Positions 9,832 to 20,192 are shown, counted from the first letter of the stretch. The stretch is 57,036 nucleotides of DNA from Patescibacteria group bacterium (GCA_038062075.1 JBBTXY010000008.1:1-57036), one strand, 5' to 3'. The notes: generated by a model not told the origin, from the sequence alone. A program made the numbers and translations.

Positions 9832-10893
9832 TTAACGGCCGATAAGTGCGATAATAACGCCGAGAAAAGCAAAAACGATCGAGAGCACCCAGTAGCGCAT
9901 GGTCACCTTCTCGCCTGGCCAGCCGATTGCTTCGAAGTGGTGATGCAGGGGCGCGATGCGGAAAAGCTTGCGGCCGAAGGCCGCTTTCCAGAACATCTGC
10001 AGGATATCGGAAGCGACCGTCACGACAAGAAGTGCCCCGATGATAGGTAACACCGCAACACCGATGCCGTCGCCAAGATCATCGGTCATGAAGGCGACGA
10101 CGGGGATCGTGAGTGTAAGGGCCATCGTGCCCGTGTCGCTCATGTAAAAGCGCGCCGGAGGGATATTGAACCACAGAAATGCGAGGAGCCCCCCACAGAC
10201 CGTCGCGCAGAATGCCGCGAGATCGATCTGGTTCTGGGCGAACGCGATGATGGCATACGAGGCGAAGATGGAGGCGAAAATGCCACCAGAGAGCCCGTCG
10301 ATGCCGTCGATGACGCCGCTTGCGAAGAGCGCCAAAGAGATCGCGACGAAAAATGGAACAATGAGGATGCCGATGGAAAGCGGCCCATCGAACGGGATGC
10401 GAACAGCCGTCACATCGAGCTTATCGAAGAACCACCAGCCGATGATGAGGGAGAGTGCGACGACGACTGCGAGGCGATAACGGAGTTGAAGGCCCTGCCC
10501 TTCGGGACGGATGATGAGAAGGTCATCAATGAATCCTGCGATGGCGCCGACGAGAAGTGCGGCCAAAGGAAGCCATGTTTGATTGCGACTCAGGAAATTG
10601 AATTGTTCCAACAAGGGATTCTCGAACATGAACGCAAGGAGCGCGAGAAGAAGGGTTGTGAGGAGCGTACTCCCCCAGACGACGATGCCGCCGAAGCGTG
10701 GCGCGCGGATCTCATGCTTCGTGTGAAGACGGTTGAATTCCGCGGCTGCCGTTCCGTCATAGGCGATCTTCCCGCCGTTTTTCTTCCACGCTTTATATGT
10801 GTAGAGATAGTGCGTGAGGATCGGTGTCATGCCGATGCCAACGGCGAACGCTACACCTGCTGGTATGAGCACTCGGACGACATCTGGGACCAT
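9832..10893 (-). CDS. mraY: Phospho-N-acetylmuramoyl-pentapeptide transferase
   Basis: GFIDD, DGIDGL, WFNIPPARFYMSDTG, APLHHHFE. Confidence 0.95.
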   Translation of the reverse strand: MVPDVVRVLIPAGVAFAVGIGMTPILTHYLYTYKAWKKNGGKIAYDGTAAAEFNRLHTKHEIRAPRFGGIVVWGSTLLTTLLLALLAFMFENPLLEQFNFLSRNQTWLPLAALLVGAIAGFIDDLLIIRPEGQGLQLRYRLAVVVALSLIIGWWFFDKLDVTAVRIPFDGPLSIGILIVPFFVAISLALFASGVIDGIDGLSGGIFASIFASYAIIAFAQNQIDLAAFCATVCGGLLAFLWFNIPPARFYMSDTGTMALTLTIPVVAFMTDDLGDGIGVAVLPIIGALLVVTVASDILQMFWKAAFGRKLFRIAPLHHHFEAIGWPGEKVTMRYWVLSIVFAFLGVIIALIGR

Positions 10894-10925
10894 CGCCCCA
10901 TTTTACCCCGATTTTTGACCCGTTC

Positions 10926-11969
10926 CTACTCGCGCGGTTCGGTCTCCGCAAGGACTTGGAGCGTCGTGGCCACCAACTTTTTCATGTCTTCAAATCTTCC
11001 ATCGGGTGTGGAGCCGAGGACAACGATGACGACCGGATGATTGATACCAGCGTCGAAAACGATGGCGAGGTTGCCGCCCGCGAGGTCGGTGAGACCGGTC
11101 TTTCCCATGATGATGTTCGGGATCGAGGAGAGTGCCTCATTCGTGTTATGCGCCTCTTTTTTAGGCATGTTGAGCGGCCCCAGGACTTCGCCGCCGCGCG
11201 CCGTGCCGGCAAAAAGATCGCGGTTAGCGCGCAGTGCATAGGCAAAGAGCGCGGCGATGTCTTTTGATGAGCCAAGAGCGCCTGCCTGGGTGGTGCTCTC
11301 GTCGAGACCGCTCGGGTTCACAAAATAGGTCGATTGCAACCCGAGACGTCTTGCAAGCGAGTTCATGCGCCAGACGGCTGCTTTGCCACGCGGCGCTTCA
11401 AGATATTTTTCGCGCAGGCGACTGTCTGCCGCCTCGGCCAAGCCTTCCGCGGCCGTATTCGACGAAGCGATAAGCATGTATTCGATGAGGTCACGCGTAA
11501 CCCATTCTTCTCCCATCGTGATACCCCCTTCGCCGCGGATAACGGCCTCGCGAGAAATGGTAACAATCTCGTCCAGCGAGAGCACCTCGGAAACGACCAA
11601 GGCGAGTGCGACTTTCGTTATCGAAGCGAGCGGGAGCTGTGCATTGGGTTCGCGAGCAAAAAGGGTTTTTCCGTTCGCAAGGTCGGTGACATAGATGCCC
11701 TTTCCTTGGAGCTCCAGCGTGCCGTACGCGTCCTGATGTTGTGGGGTTTCCACGGCAGCAACATTCGCTGCTCCCAGCGCAGGAAGGGACGGAAGCGCTG
11801 CGACGACGAGACCCAAGCCTCCGATGAGGCTCACGGTGAGAAAGAGCGCCCCCACGACGACATGGCTCAAAGGCGGGCGGGATAGAGTCGACGTGACTTC
11901 CTGCACAGCTTCTTGTGTGGCAGGAGCCGCTTCAGTTGGTGTCTGATTCTGGTCCATCTCCGGTTCCAT
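10926..11969 (-). CDS. D-alanyl-D-alanine carboxypeptidase (peptidase S11)
   Basis: ASITK (SxxK), SSN (SxN), GKTG. Confidence 0.9.
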   Translation of the reverse strand: MEPEMDQNQTPTEAAPATQEAVQEVTSTLSRPPLSHVVVGALFLTVSLIGGLGLVVAALPSLPALGAANVAAVETPQHQDAYGTLELQGKGIYVTDLANGKTLFAREPNAQLPLASITKVALALVVSEVLSLDEIVTISREAVIRGEGGITMGEEWVTRDLIEYMLIASSNTAAEGLAEAADSRLREKYLEAPRGKAAVWRMNSLARRLGLQSTYFVNPSGLDESTTQAGALGSSKDIAALFAYALRANRDLFAGTARGGEVLGPLNMPKKEAHNTNEALSSIPNIIMGKTGLTDLAGGNLAIVFDAGINHPVVIVVLGSTPDGRFEDMKKLVATTLQVLAETEPRE

Positions 11970-12513
11970 GCTCTTTTTGTGCAGCCTTAAAGGCGGCTAA
12001 TTCGCGACCGATTGTACCATATTCCGGAAGGTCTTCCCTTGTCCGCGTGCCGAGGTGCGCGAGGAGGTCGGTCGTCGGCTTATAGAGATATTCACGCCCA
12101 TCTTCAGGATTCCCGCTCCGCTCGATACAACCGCGCGTAAGAAGCGTGCGGATGGTTGAAGAAGAATTTACGCCGCGAACGTAGTCTATCTGCGCGCGCG
12201 TCGAGGGACCTTCGTAGAGAAGGATGGCAAGGACTTCGAGTCCAGCATTCCCGATATCGCGCTCTGCTGCTTCGGCGACGGTTTTTGCGACCACGTCGCG
12301 TGCCGTGTTCGCGATAACGAGTGCGGCTTCGGTATCCGAGCGCACCAGGGTAAGCCCGGTCCCCTCCAATCGCTTTTCAAGAGCTTCTAAGCTTTGCATG
12401 AGAGCTGCGTGGTCGCATCCCAAAGAGCGCGTGAGCTGCTTGAATGTGAGCGCTCCTCCTTCGGCAAAGAGGAGCGCATGCGCTTGTGCGGCGAGTGTGT
12501 TTGTATCTGTCAT
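11932..12513 (-). CDS. scpB: Segregation and condensation protein B
   Basis: ALLFAEG, LEVLAILLYEGPSTRAQIDYVRGVNS. Confidence 0.92.
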   Translation of the reverse strand: MTDTNTLAAQAHALLFAEGGALTFKQLTRSLGCDHAALMQSLEALEKRLEGTGLTLVRSDTEAALVIANTARDVVAKTVAEAAERDIGNAGLEVLAILLYEGPSTRAQIDYVRGVNSSSTIRTLLTRGCIERSGNPEDGREYLYKPTTDLLAHLGTRTREDLPEYGTIGRELAAFKAAQKEHGTGDGPESDTN

Positions 12514-12517
12514 ACCG

Positions 12518-13258
12518 CTAGCCGTATCGGGGTGCTCCCACAGCCTCTGATTCAATAAGGATCTCGCTAAAAAGTTTGTCTTGCGTGACTGAAATCGAGC
12601 CGTGGCGAGCAAGTTCCAAAACAGCCAGGAAATGAACGATGGTATCTCCCCGTGAAGCGCCCTTGGTTATCTCGCTCCAGCGAGCCCGGACGGCGGAGGC
12701 AAGGCGCGATTTGAGGCCTGAAATGGCATCTTCAAGGGCTAAAACCGGCGCAATGGTCGCCTCGCCGAGCTTCGTAAGCGTGGGCAGCGTGTTAACGAGT
12801 TTTTGAGCTGCTCGAAGAATGGTCGCGATGGTCGTCTCCCCAGGAGCGAAGGCAGGCTGCTCCACACCGGTAATGCGGGCGATATCGGGCCTGCGCCGCG
12901 CGAAATGGAGGGGCGCCCTACCCCACTCTTTCTGTAGTAGTTTCGATGCTTTGCGTACGATGGCAAGCCGCTGCAGCCGCTGCTCTAATTCTTCGATCGA
13001 CTGCTCTTCCTCATCGGAGAGATCAACGGACGGCAGCAGCGTGCGTGATTTGATGAGAAGCAAGGTACTGGCGACGAGGACGAACTGCGACGTCTCCAAA
13101 AGCGGCAACTCCGGCAGTTTTTCGACGTAGGCGAGGTACGCGTCGCACACTTCCGCGAGCGAGACGTGCGAGACCGAGAGCTTCCGCTTCTCGATGAGAT
13201 CAAGCAGGGTCTCCAGCGGCCCTTGGTAGTGCTCCGTTTCAATATTGAATTGCTGCAT
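12518..13258 (-). CDS. scpA: Segregation and condensation protein A
   Basis: YQGPLETLLDLI, LLLIKSRTLLP, FLAVLEL. Confidence 0.92.
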   Translation of the reverse strand: MQQFNIETEHYQGPLETLLDLIEKRKLSVSHVSLAEVCDAYLAYVEKLPELPLLETSQFVLVASTLLLIKSRTLLPSVDLSDEEEQSIEELEQRLQRLAIVRKASKLLQKEWGRAPLHFARRRPDIARITGVEQPAFAPGETTIATILRAAQKLVNTLPTLTKLGEATIAPVLALEDAISGLKSRLASAVRARWSEITKGASRGDTIVHFLAVLELARHGSISVTQDKLFSEILIESEAVGAPRYG

Positions 13259-13306
13259 GCTTTGCTTTTCCCTGCAAGCTACAGGCTGCAAGCTACAAGC
13301 TCACAG

Positions 13307-14635
13307 CTATTCCGATAGTCTAACATCGATTCTGTTCATATCCCGCGGGAAGGCAGTCGCTTCGCGGATATTCTTGAGATCAAGCATTTTCATCGTGAAG
13401 CGCTCAAGACCCGTGGAGCAGCCGCCATGCGGCGGGATGCCGTATTTATGCGCCTGGAGGTAATACGAGAATTTTTCCGGATCCAACCCGCGCGAGCGAA
13501 GGCGCTCCAGGATTTGGTCGTAGTCGTGGATGCGCTGGCTACCGCTGTTGATCTCCAAACCGCGAAAGAGAAGATCGAAGCTGCGTGAGAATGGCTCTTC
13601 TCCCGGCTCTTCATAGGAATAAAAAGCGCGCTGTTTCGTCGGATAGTGGGTAATAAAGACGAAATCAGAGTGCCGTTTCTCTTTTGCATACTCGCAGATC
13701 TGCCGCTCATCTTCCGGCGACATATCGTGCGTATCTTCGATCTCGCGAGCAAATTCCTTGCGGATGATATCCTGCGCCTCGGTCAAGGTGAAGGTCGGGA
13801 ATGTTTCGGGCGCTTCAGGCACTTCGACGCCGAAACGCTCGAAAATATCAAGGTGTTTCTTCCCCACCGCAGCTATTACTTCCGTAACGACGTCATGCAG
13901 CACGTTCATCACATCCGTGTGGTCTTTGATGAACCCCATTTCAAAATCCATCTGCGTGAGCTCGCTCAAGTGGCGCGGCGTCGCATGTTTCTCGCCGCGG
14001 AATATCTTTGCGATAGTGAACGAGCGCTCGAATGCGTTCACCATGATCTCTTTGTAGAATTGCGGCGAGGTCGCAAGGTACGCGGTCGTATCGTAGTAGT
14101 AGTTCACTTTGAATGCCGCGGCGCCGCCTTCGGCGTCGCCGCCGACGATCGCCGGCGCCTGGAATTCGATAAAGCCACGCTCCTGAAGCGCTTTTCGATA
14201 GGCCTCGAGGATCGCCGCCTGTAGAGTGAAAATGTCACGATTGTGCTGGTTGCGGAGGGTGAGCGGCCGGTTATCGAGAAGCGTGTCGAGATTCACCTCC
14301 GCGTCGAGTTCGAACGGAAGTGTTTGGGCAGGGTTTAAGACAGTTATCTCTTCGATCTGGAGCTCGATATCGCCATTCTGCTTCCCCACCTGCACGTTCT
14401 TTTCAGGTCGTTTGTTCACGATACCGGAAAGTGCAACCGCGCTTTCGATACTCACGTCCTTCGCAACATTGATCGCTGCGCTTTTCGGAAGTACGACACC
14501 CTGCACCGTGCCGGAACGGTCGCGAATATCGAAAAAGACCATCTTCCCTTGGTCGCGACGGACGGTAATCCAGCCATTGATAATGACGGAGTGTCCGATC
14601 TTTTCCTGTAAATCACTAATTAAGGTTCTATTCAT
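13307..14635 (-). CDS. aspS: Aspartate--tRNA(Asp/Asn) ligase, short archaeal-type non-discriminating form
   Basis: OB fold, YLATSPQFYK, FRGEK..RHL, GSQRIHD, PPHGG..GLER, FPRD; 442 aa without the GAD insertion. Confidence 0.9.
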   Translation of the reverse strand: MNRTLISDLQEKIGHSVIINGWITVRRDQGKMVFFDIRDRSGTVQGVVLPKSAAINVAKDVSIESAVALSGIVNKRPEKNVQVGKQNGDIELQIEEITVLNPAQTLPFELDAEVNLDTLLDNRPLTLRNQHNRDIFTLQAAILEAYRKALQERGFIEFQAPAIVGGDAEGGAAAFKVNYYYDTTAYLATSPQFYKEIMVNAFERSFTIAKIFRGEKHATPRHLSELTQMDFEMGFIKDHTDVMNVLHDVVTEVIAAVGKKHLDIFERFGVEVPEAPETFPTFTLTEAQDIIRKEFAREIEDTHDMSPEDERQICEYAKEKRHSDFVFITHYPTKQRAFYSYEEPGEEPFSRSFDLLFRGLEINSGSQRIHDYDQILERLRSRGLDPEKFSYYLQAHKYGIPPHGGCSTGLERFTMKMLDLKNIREATAFPRDMNRIDVRLSE

Positions 14636-14646
14636 ATTGGTTGGAT

Positions 14647-15483
14647 TTATTCTTCATCGTTCAATGTACGTCGCACGCTCTCTATTTCCTCTGGGGATAC
14701 GAAATGCTTACCCGCCATCATTATTCCTAGCACGATAGCATTGTTAAAAGCGTGCGCGGTTAAGGCGTGTGAAAATCCGCGTTCGCGTTGAAGATACCAG
14801 CAAAACATGCCTGCAATGAATTGCGGTAAAGGTAATGTTTCGATTCGCCCCCCTTCTTTCGTGTGAGCCTGAGCGAATAGAATAGACGTCGGTACACCCA
14901 CTTCCCACAATACACCAGCATCGCTGCCAAGAGCCCTATCAACGACTAAAGAAGGTAGGAGTCTGAATCCGATTTCCTCGACAGTCGGGGCAATAATAAC
15001 TGCGAGTGTTGTAAGCGCGCCCGGATTCTCGAACAGCATTTTAATCATTTCTTTTTTACCTGCAGCGCCAACTCGCGTGCTTGTCCCTTCGCTTTCTTCT
15101 TTTTTTGAATCGGAGAGAGCGTTTCGCGAAGCGAGTAATGTATTCATGATAAAGACGCCTATCATATTTGAAAAAGCGACCAGTGTCGCTTGAGCAATCG
15201 TCTCTCCATATGCTTTTACGATACTGTCCTTAGGCTGTTTGGATCGCAAAAATTCTTCCTCACCGGCTACAGGAGGGTTAAAGGTGCCCATCCCGGCGAG
15301 AAGTGAAGTTGTAGCGGCACCAGACAAAAAAGTACGACGTGTCATCGACCTAGTCGATACATTGAGATTCGGCGTGGAGATTTCCATGAGTGCACGTTGC
15401 ATGTCTGAGGCACCTACCACGTGCTTTGGGTTTTTTTCGCCATGAACCTGATTCTGTTGCGCAAGTTTTGGTTCCGATTCCAT
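14647..15483 (-). CDS. CPBP (Abi/CAAX) intramembrane metalloprotease family protein
   Basis: APTVEEIGFR, FAQAH, AHAFNN; Tat-like TRRTFL near the N-terminus. Confidence 0.8.
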   Translation of the reverse strand: MESEPKLAQQNQVHGEKNPKHVVGASDMQRALMEISTPNLNVSTRSMTRRTFLSGAATTSLLAGMGTFNPPVAGEEEFLRSKQPKDSIVKAYGETIAQATLVAFSNMIGVFIMNTLLASRNALSDSKKEESEGTSTRVGAAGKKEMIKMLFENPGALTTLAVIIAPTVEEIGFRLLPSLVVDRALGSDAGVLWEVGVPTSILFAQAHTKEGGRIETLPLPQFIAGMFCWYLQRERGFSHALTAHAFNNAIVLGIMMAGKHFVSPEEIESVRRTLNDEE

Positions 15484-15489
15484 ATTTAA

Positions 15490-16425
15490 TTACAACAACA
15501 CGCCGACTGTAGCACGGACGTCCTTTATCTTGGAAGCGGCACGTTCGCGGGCTTTCGTGCTTCCTTCGTCCAAGACGCGCTTCACGTCCTCGTCTGTTAT
15601 CTCATCGCGCACTGTGCGCATCGGTTCGATAAGGTTCTCCAAGTCCTCGACAAGCGCCTCTTTGAGGGTCTTGTAGCTGCCCTTACTCGCTTCGTAGAGC
15701 GACGCGAGCTCGGGTTCAGGCTTGAGAAGCTTGTGAATGGCATAGACGTTCTCCGGCCGCTCCCCCGACGAATCCGTCACGATGCTCATCACGGCTTTCG
15801 CGAGCTCGTCTTTTGTCCCGAAAAGCGGAATGGTATTGCCGTAGCTTTTGCTCATCTTCTTGCCGTCGGTCCCCGGAACGATCGCGACCGACTTCTGGAT
15901 GAGTTCTTTGGGTTCTTTGAATGTTTCGCCATAAGTCTTATTGAATTTCGCCGCGGTTTCGCGCGCATACTCGAGATGCTGGCGTTGATCTTCGCCGACC
16001 GGCACGACATCGGTGTCGTAGAGAAGAATATCGGCCGCCATGAGCATCGGATACGCAAAAAGGCCCGCGTTCTGCTCAAGCCCTTTCGCGACTTTATCTT
16101 TATAGGCGTGCGCCTGCATCAAGAACGGCACCGTTACAAGCGTCTGGAAGATCCACGCGAGCTCTGTGTGCTCCGGCACTTGCGATTGCTGGAAGATGAT
16201 TGCGGAATCGGGCCGAATGCCGACGGCAAGATAATCGCGGACAACGTTGAAGATGTTCTCTCGCAGTTCTTTCGGGTCTTTAAGAGTCGTCAATGCGTGA
16301 TAATCCGCGACCATGAGCATGCAGTCGTATTGTTTCGAGAGCTCGACAAACGGCTTCAAGGCGCCGAAATAGTTGCCGATGTGGAGCGCACCAGACGGTT
16401 GAAGCCCCGTTAGCAGCTTTTGCAT
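15490..16425 (-). CDS. trpS: Tryptophan--tRNA ligase
   Basis: TGLQPSGALHIGN, YPMLMAADIL, VPVGEDQ, KMSKS. Confidence 0.97.
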   Translation of the reverse strand: MQKLLTGLQPSGALHIGNYFGALKPFVELSKQYDCMLMVADYHALTTLKDPKELRENIFNVVRDYLAVGIRPDSAIIFQQSQVPEHTELAWIFQTLVTVPFLMQAHAYKDKVAKGLEQNAGLFAYPMLMAADILLYDTDVVPVGEDQRQHLEYARETAAKFNKTYGETFKEPKELIQKSVAIVPGTDGKKMSKSYGNTIPLFGTKDELAKAVMSIVTDSSGERPENVYAIHKLLKPEPELASLYEASKGSYKTLKEALVEDLENLIEPMRTVRDEITDEDVKRVLDEGSTKARERAASKIKDVRATVGVLL

Positions 16426-16488
16426 TCGACAATAGTATCAGGAAACTGTCTCTTTTCTAGCCCCCGTTCTGTTAGTACCATGGTTACG

Positions 16489-18258
16489 ATGTGCGGCATA
16501 TTCGGCTACATCGGCGAGAGCAGGGACGCAGGCGAAGCGGTTGTGGAGGGCCTGCGCCGGTTGGATTACCGCGGCTACGATAGCTGGGGTGTGGCGGTCT
16601 TGAAGAGTGATGATATTGCCCTCGAGAAAAGCGTCGGTGTCGTTGATGAACATCCGCTTCCCTTCCGCGGGCACGTCGGGATCGGCCACACGCGCTGGGC
16701 GACGCATGGCGCGGTCACCGAAGCGAACGCTCATCCGCACATGGCAACCGACGGCTCTTTCGCGCTCGCGCATAACGGCATCGTTGAAAACATGGAAGAG
16801 CTGAAGAATGTGCTCGCCAAGAAAGGTTACCGATTCCTCTCGCAGACTGACACCGAAGCGATTGTTTATCTTATTGAAGAGAAATGGAAGAAGGCAAAAA
16901 CATTGCAGGAAGCCGTGCGCACAGCATTCAAAGAACTGGAGGGACGCAACACGGTCATCGTCCTATCGAGCGACGGGCACATTATCGGCGCACGCAACGG
17001 TTCCCCTCTCGTCATCGGCGTCGGCGCACGGCCGGGAGAGATTTACTTTTCTTCGGATGTCCTCTCGTTCTCCTCGTATGTGAAAGGCGTCGTCGTCTTG
17101 GAGAACGGCCAGATGGCAGCTACAAGCCCGCAGGGCCTCTCGGTCATTGATATCGCAAGCGGCAAGAAATTGAAACCGAAGATCGAGAAGAATGTCATTG
17201 TACGCGCTTCCTCCGACAAGGGAAAATACGAACATTACATGCTCAAAGAAATTATGGAGTCGCCGGAAGTTATCCAGCGTATCGCGGCTCACAAAGATAC
17301 TGATATCCGCAAGCTCGCGCGCGCTATTACTAAGGCACGAAGAGTCTACACCATCGGCTCCGGCACAGCAGGCGCCGCCGCGGGGCAATTTGGCTTCTAC
17401 CTCCGTGAGTACGGCGGCATTCCCGCGCTCGGACTCATCGGCGCGGAAGCGACTGAATACTACGGCCTCTTCGGAAAGGGCGATCTTCTCATTGCACTCT
17501 CACAGAGCGGCGAGACGGCAGACGTTTTGGAAGTGCTGGAGTTTGCGCAGAAAAAAGGCGCGACGATTGCCTCGTATGTGAACATGCCGGGGAGCATGAT
17601 AACGCGCATGTCAGACTTCAAATACATGGCGGAGGCGGGGCCAGAAATCTGTGTGATGTCCACCAAGATTTTCACCTCGCAGATCGCGTGGGGATACTTA
17701 ATAGCTAAAGCGGTTCAGGGAAGGCTCGCAGAAGGCAAGAAACAACTGAAATCTCTTGTGCAACAGGCGGAGAAATTGCTCGCAGATGAGAAGAAAATTG
17801 CAGAAATTAAGAGCCTTGCTCCGCAGATGGCACAGAATGAGCACCTCTTTCTTCTCGCCAAAGGGCAGAATCTGCAGATCGCGCGCGAGGCGATGGTGAA
17901 GATCATCGAAGGCTCGTATATCCACGCGCATGCCATTCCCGCAGGCGATCTCAAGCATTACGCGATCACCTTGATGGAGCCCGGCGTTCCTGTCGTCGCC
18001 ATCGTCTCAAACGATGCACTGCGAAGCGACGTCTTGAATGCGATCCATGAAGTGAAAGCGCGCGGCGCGTTCGTGACCGGTGTCGCGCCTTCAGCCGCGA
18101 AGGAATTCGATCAGACCCTTCTCGTTCCTGATACGAAAGAAACGAGCGCTATCATGAACATCATTCCCCTGCAGCTTCTCGCCTACTACATGGCGGTACA
18201 CCTCGGCACCAACGTCGACAAACCGCGCAATATCGCCAAAAGCGTCACAGTTAAGTAG
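16489..18258 (+). CDS. glmS: Glutamine--fructose-6-phosphate transaminase
   Basis: MCGIFG, YRGYDS, GHTRWATHG, SQSGETAD, PRNIAKSVTV. Confidence 0.96.
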   Translation: MCGIFGYIGESRDAGEAVVEGLRRLDYRGYDSWGVAVLKSDDIALEKSVGVVDEHPLPFRGHVGIGHTRWATHGAVTEANAHPHMATDGSFALAHNGIVENMEELKNVLAKKGYRFLSQTDTEAIVYLIEEKWKKAKTLQEAVRTAFKELEGRNTVIVLSSDGHIIGARNGSPLVIGVGARPGEIYFSSDVLSFSSYVKGVVVLENGQMAATSPQGLSVIDIASGKKLKPKIEKNVIVRASSDKGKYEHYMLKEIMESPEVIQRIAAHKDTDIRKLARAITKARRVYTIGSGTAGAAAGQFGFYLREYGGIPALGLIGAEATEYYGLFGKGDLLIALSQSGETADVLEVLEFAQKKGATIASYVNMPGSMITRMSDFKYMAEAGPEICVMSTKIFTSQIAWGYLIAKAVQGRLAEGKKQLKSLVQQAEKLLADEKKIAEIKSLAPQMAQNEHLFLLAKGQNLQIAREAMVKIIEGSYIHAHAIPAGDLKHYAITLMEPGVPVVAIVSNDALRSDVLNAIHEVKARGAFVTGVAPSAAKEFDQTLLVPDTKETSAIMNIIPLQLLAYYMAVHLGTNVDKPRNIAKSVTVK

Positions 18259-19087
18259 TCGGGAGTTCAACGATAAATTCGCTTCCCTTCCCCTTCCCAG
18301 CGGATTCTGCCCAAATGCGACCGCCGTGGGCTTCGGTGACCTGTTTTGCGATGAAGAGGCCGTAGCCGGTTGAATCGACGTTCACTTTGGTTGATTCTTT
18401 CCCTTTTCCACCCTCGGTAAAAAGATTCTTCATGTCTTCGGGCGTGATACCGATCCCCGTATCCTTCACTGAAAAACGAATGGCATTCGGAGTGCGCGCA
18501 AGGGACACTGTAATGCTTCCTGATGGCGTGTAGTGGATAGCATTATCAACCAGATTTCGGATAAGATGGCGGCGTAATTTCGCCTCGTCACCCATCAAGG
18601 AATACTCGGAATACTCGCTGGGCTCGATGGTGGATTCAAGCGCAAGCCCTTTTTCTTTTGCCGCAGATGCCGAATCACGCAGAACATCCTGAAGCGTCTT
18701 CTCAAAATCGAATGATTTCTTGTCGTATGTGACGGTACCTTTGCGCAAATTTGCCGCGTCGAGAATATCGCTTACCATATCAACCCCTCTTCGCATATCG
18801 GTGAGACCATTATCAACCATTCTCTCCAGGAGTTCTGATACCGGGCCATAATCTCCTTGAATTATGCCAGCATAAGCAGCTTCACTTTTAGCCATGTACC
18901 CCTTCACCTCATGGCTGATAAATCGAAGTAAATTCTCCTGTTGCCGATTTGCTATCTCAAGTTCTTTTTTAAGCCGTGCAAGTTCAAGCGAATGTTTGTA
19001 AACGATCTCGTTTGCCGCCTTTAATTCTCTCTCGTAATCCGAAGGCGTTCTTAATCGTGCATCAGATTGTTGTTGCTTGTTGGCCAC
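18251..19087 (-). CDS. Soluble histidine kinase (coiled coil-HisKA-HATPase) with no sensor domain
   Basis: ISHEVK H box, NLVDNAIHY N box, DTGIGI, TGYGL. Confidence 0.9.
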   Translation of the reverse strand: MANKQQQSDARLRTPSDYERELKAANEIVYKHSLELARLKKELEIANRQQENLLRFISHEVKGYMAKSEAAYAGIIQGDYGPVSELLERMVDNGLTDMRRGVDMVSDILDAANLRKGTVTYDKKSFDFEKTLQDVLRDSASAAKEKGLALESTIEPSEYSEYSLMGDEAKLRRHLIRNLVDNAIHYTPSGSITVSLARTPNAIRFSVKDTGIGITPEDMKNLFTEGGKGKESTKVNVDSTGYGLFIAKQVTEAHGGRIWAESAGKGKGSEFIVELPTT

Positions 19088-19096
19088 AGATGAATA

Positions 19097-19378
19097 TTAT
19101 CGTAAACTCGCAGGAACTTCAGATGGTGACATTTTCATAACGAGACTTAAGGTAGCTTCGCGACACACCTCGTGTGATGCCCGTCCAAACAGTCGTTCAT
19201 ATTGTGCAACAAGACGATCAATAACTTCCTTTGAATTACCTACAACAGCAATCTCGACTCGGGTTTGATTGACAATCGTAAGTCCTGTCACCTTTCTTGC
19301 CTCACTCCATGCAAGAGGGCCAATAACAAGCTCTTGTTCCTTAATTATTCTTACAGCGATGTCATTTAACGAGGGCAT
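19097..19378 (-). CDS. Small hypothetical protein (IIKEQELVIGPLA motif)
   Basis: 93 aa, tightly packed between the membrane protein and the kinase. Confidence 0.75.
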   Translation of the reverse strand: MPSLNDIAVRIIKEQELVIGPLAWSEARKVTGLTIVNQTRVEIAVVGNSKEVIDRLVAQYERLFGRASHEVCREATLSLVMKMSPSEVPASLR

Positions 19379-19382
19379 AATG

Positions 19383-20192
19383 TTATGTTCGTTGAATTTT
19401 CTCTGGATGAAGAAGGCCGACACCGGCAGACAGCGCAAGCATTGCTGTCGTAAACAAAAGATCGACCCAATCACCCGGATACCATATTTCAAGAGTCGTG
19501 GTATACGAAAAGAGAAAATCGGCAAAATACAGAATGATAAAGCCTAAAAGAATAAAGTATATGGCCTTCTTATATATGCCGCCAAAATAATTGTATGACA
19601 GGCCATATATTAATGTAGCAAGCGTAAGAATCACAACATCGCCAATCGGATAGGCGAGATCAAAAAATACTTTTGGCAGGCTACTGGTATCGGTAAACTC
19701 AAACGTTCCTGCGCGCGCGACAACAATCAAAAGATAGTATGAGACTGCGATGACGGCCGCAGGAACAAGAAGAAGCATAGTCTTTCCATTCGAGGAGCGC
19801 AGACCGTACTTCGCACCTGTGGCGCGTGAAAGCTCGATAACCCCAATAGCCCACAACGGCAAGGCAAGGATATAACCTACATCGGCGAGTGACGGATACG
19901 GAACATCAATCTGCAACAAGAAGTTATATACACCGGAAAAGATGAGCGTCCCTAACCCCCACGAAACAAGACCGAGCGAGAGAAAGATGACTGCGCGCCC
20001 GACAGCACTCGAAAACGACCCCCAATGCCGCGCAATCACGAGGCCATTGAGTCCGCCAATAAACGGGATGGCACCCAGAAACAGTATGCCGTAGAGATCG
20101 TTGACAAGCGATGACGTGGTTCCGCCCAGAAATAAAAATACGACAACAACAGCTGCAATACAGTAATCAACAATTAAGATTTTCAATACCAT
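19383..20192 (-). CDS. Polytopic membrane protein, putative stand-alone sensor
   Basis: About 8 hydrophobic segments; VPYPSLADVGY and LAYPIGD motifs resemble membrane sensor regions of signalling proteins. Confidence 0.75.
   Translation of the reverse strand: MVLKILIVDYCIAAVVVVFLFLGGTTSSLVNDLYGILFLGAIPFIGGLNGLVIARHWGSFSSAVGRAVIFLSLGLVSWGLGTLIFSGVYNFLLQIDVPYPSLADVGYILALPLWAIGVIELSRATGAKYGLRSSNGKTMLLLVPAAVIAVSYYLLIVVARAGTFEFTDTSSLPKVFFDLAYPIGDVVILTLATLIYGLSYNYFGGIYKKAIYFILLGFIILYFADFLFSYTTTLEIWYPGDWVDLLFTTAMLALSAGVGLLHPEKIQRT

Noticed and set aside
16426-16488. glmS ribozyme upstream of glmS
   Set aside because: Only 63 bp separate the divergent trpS and glmS starts, and both look leaderless.
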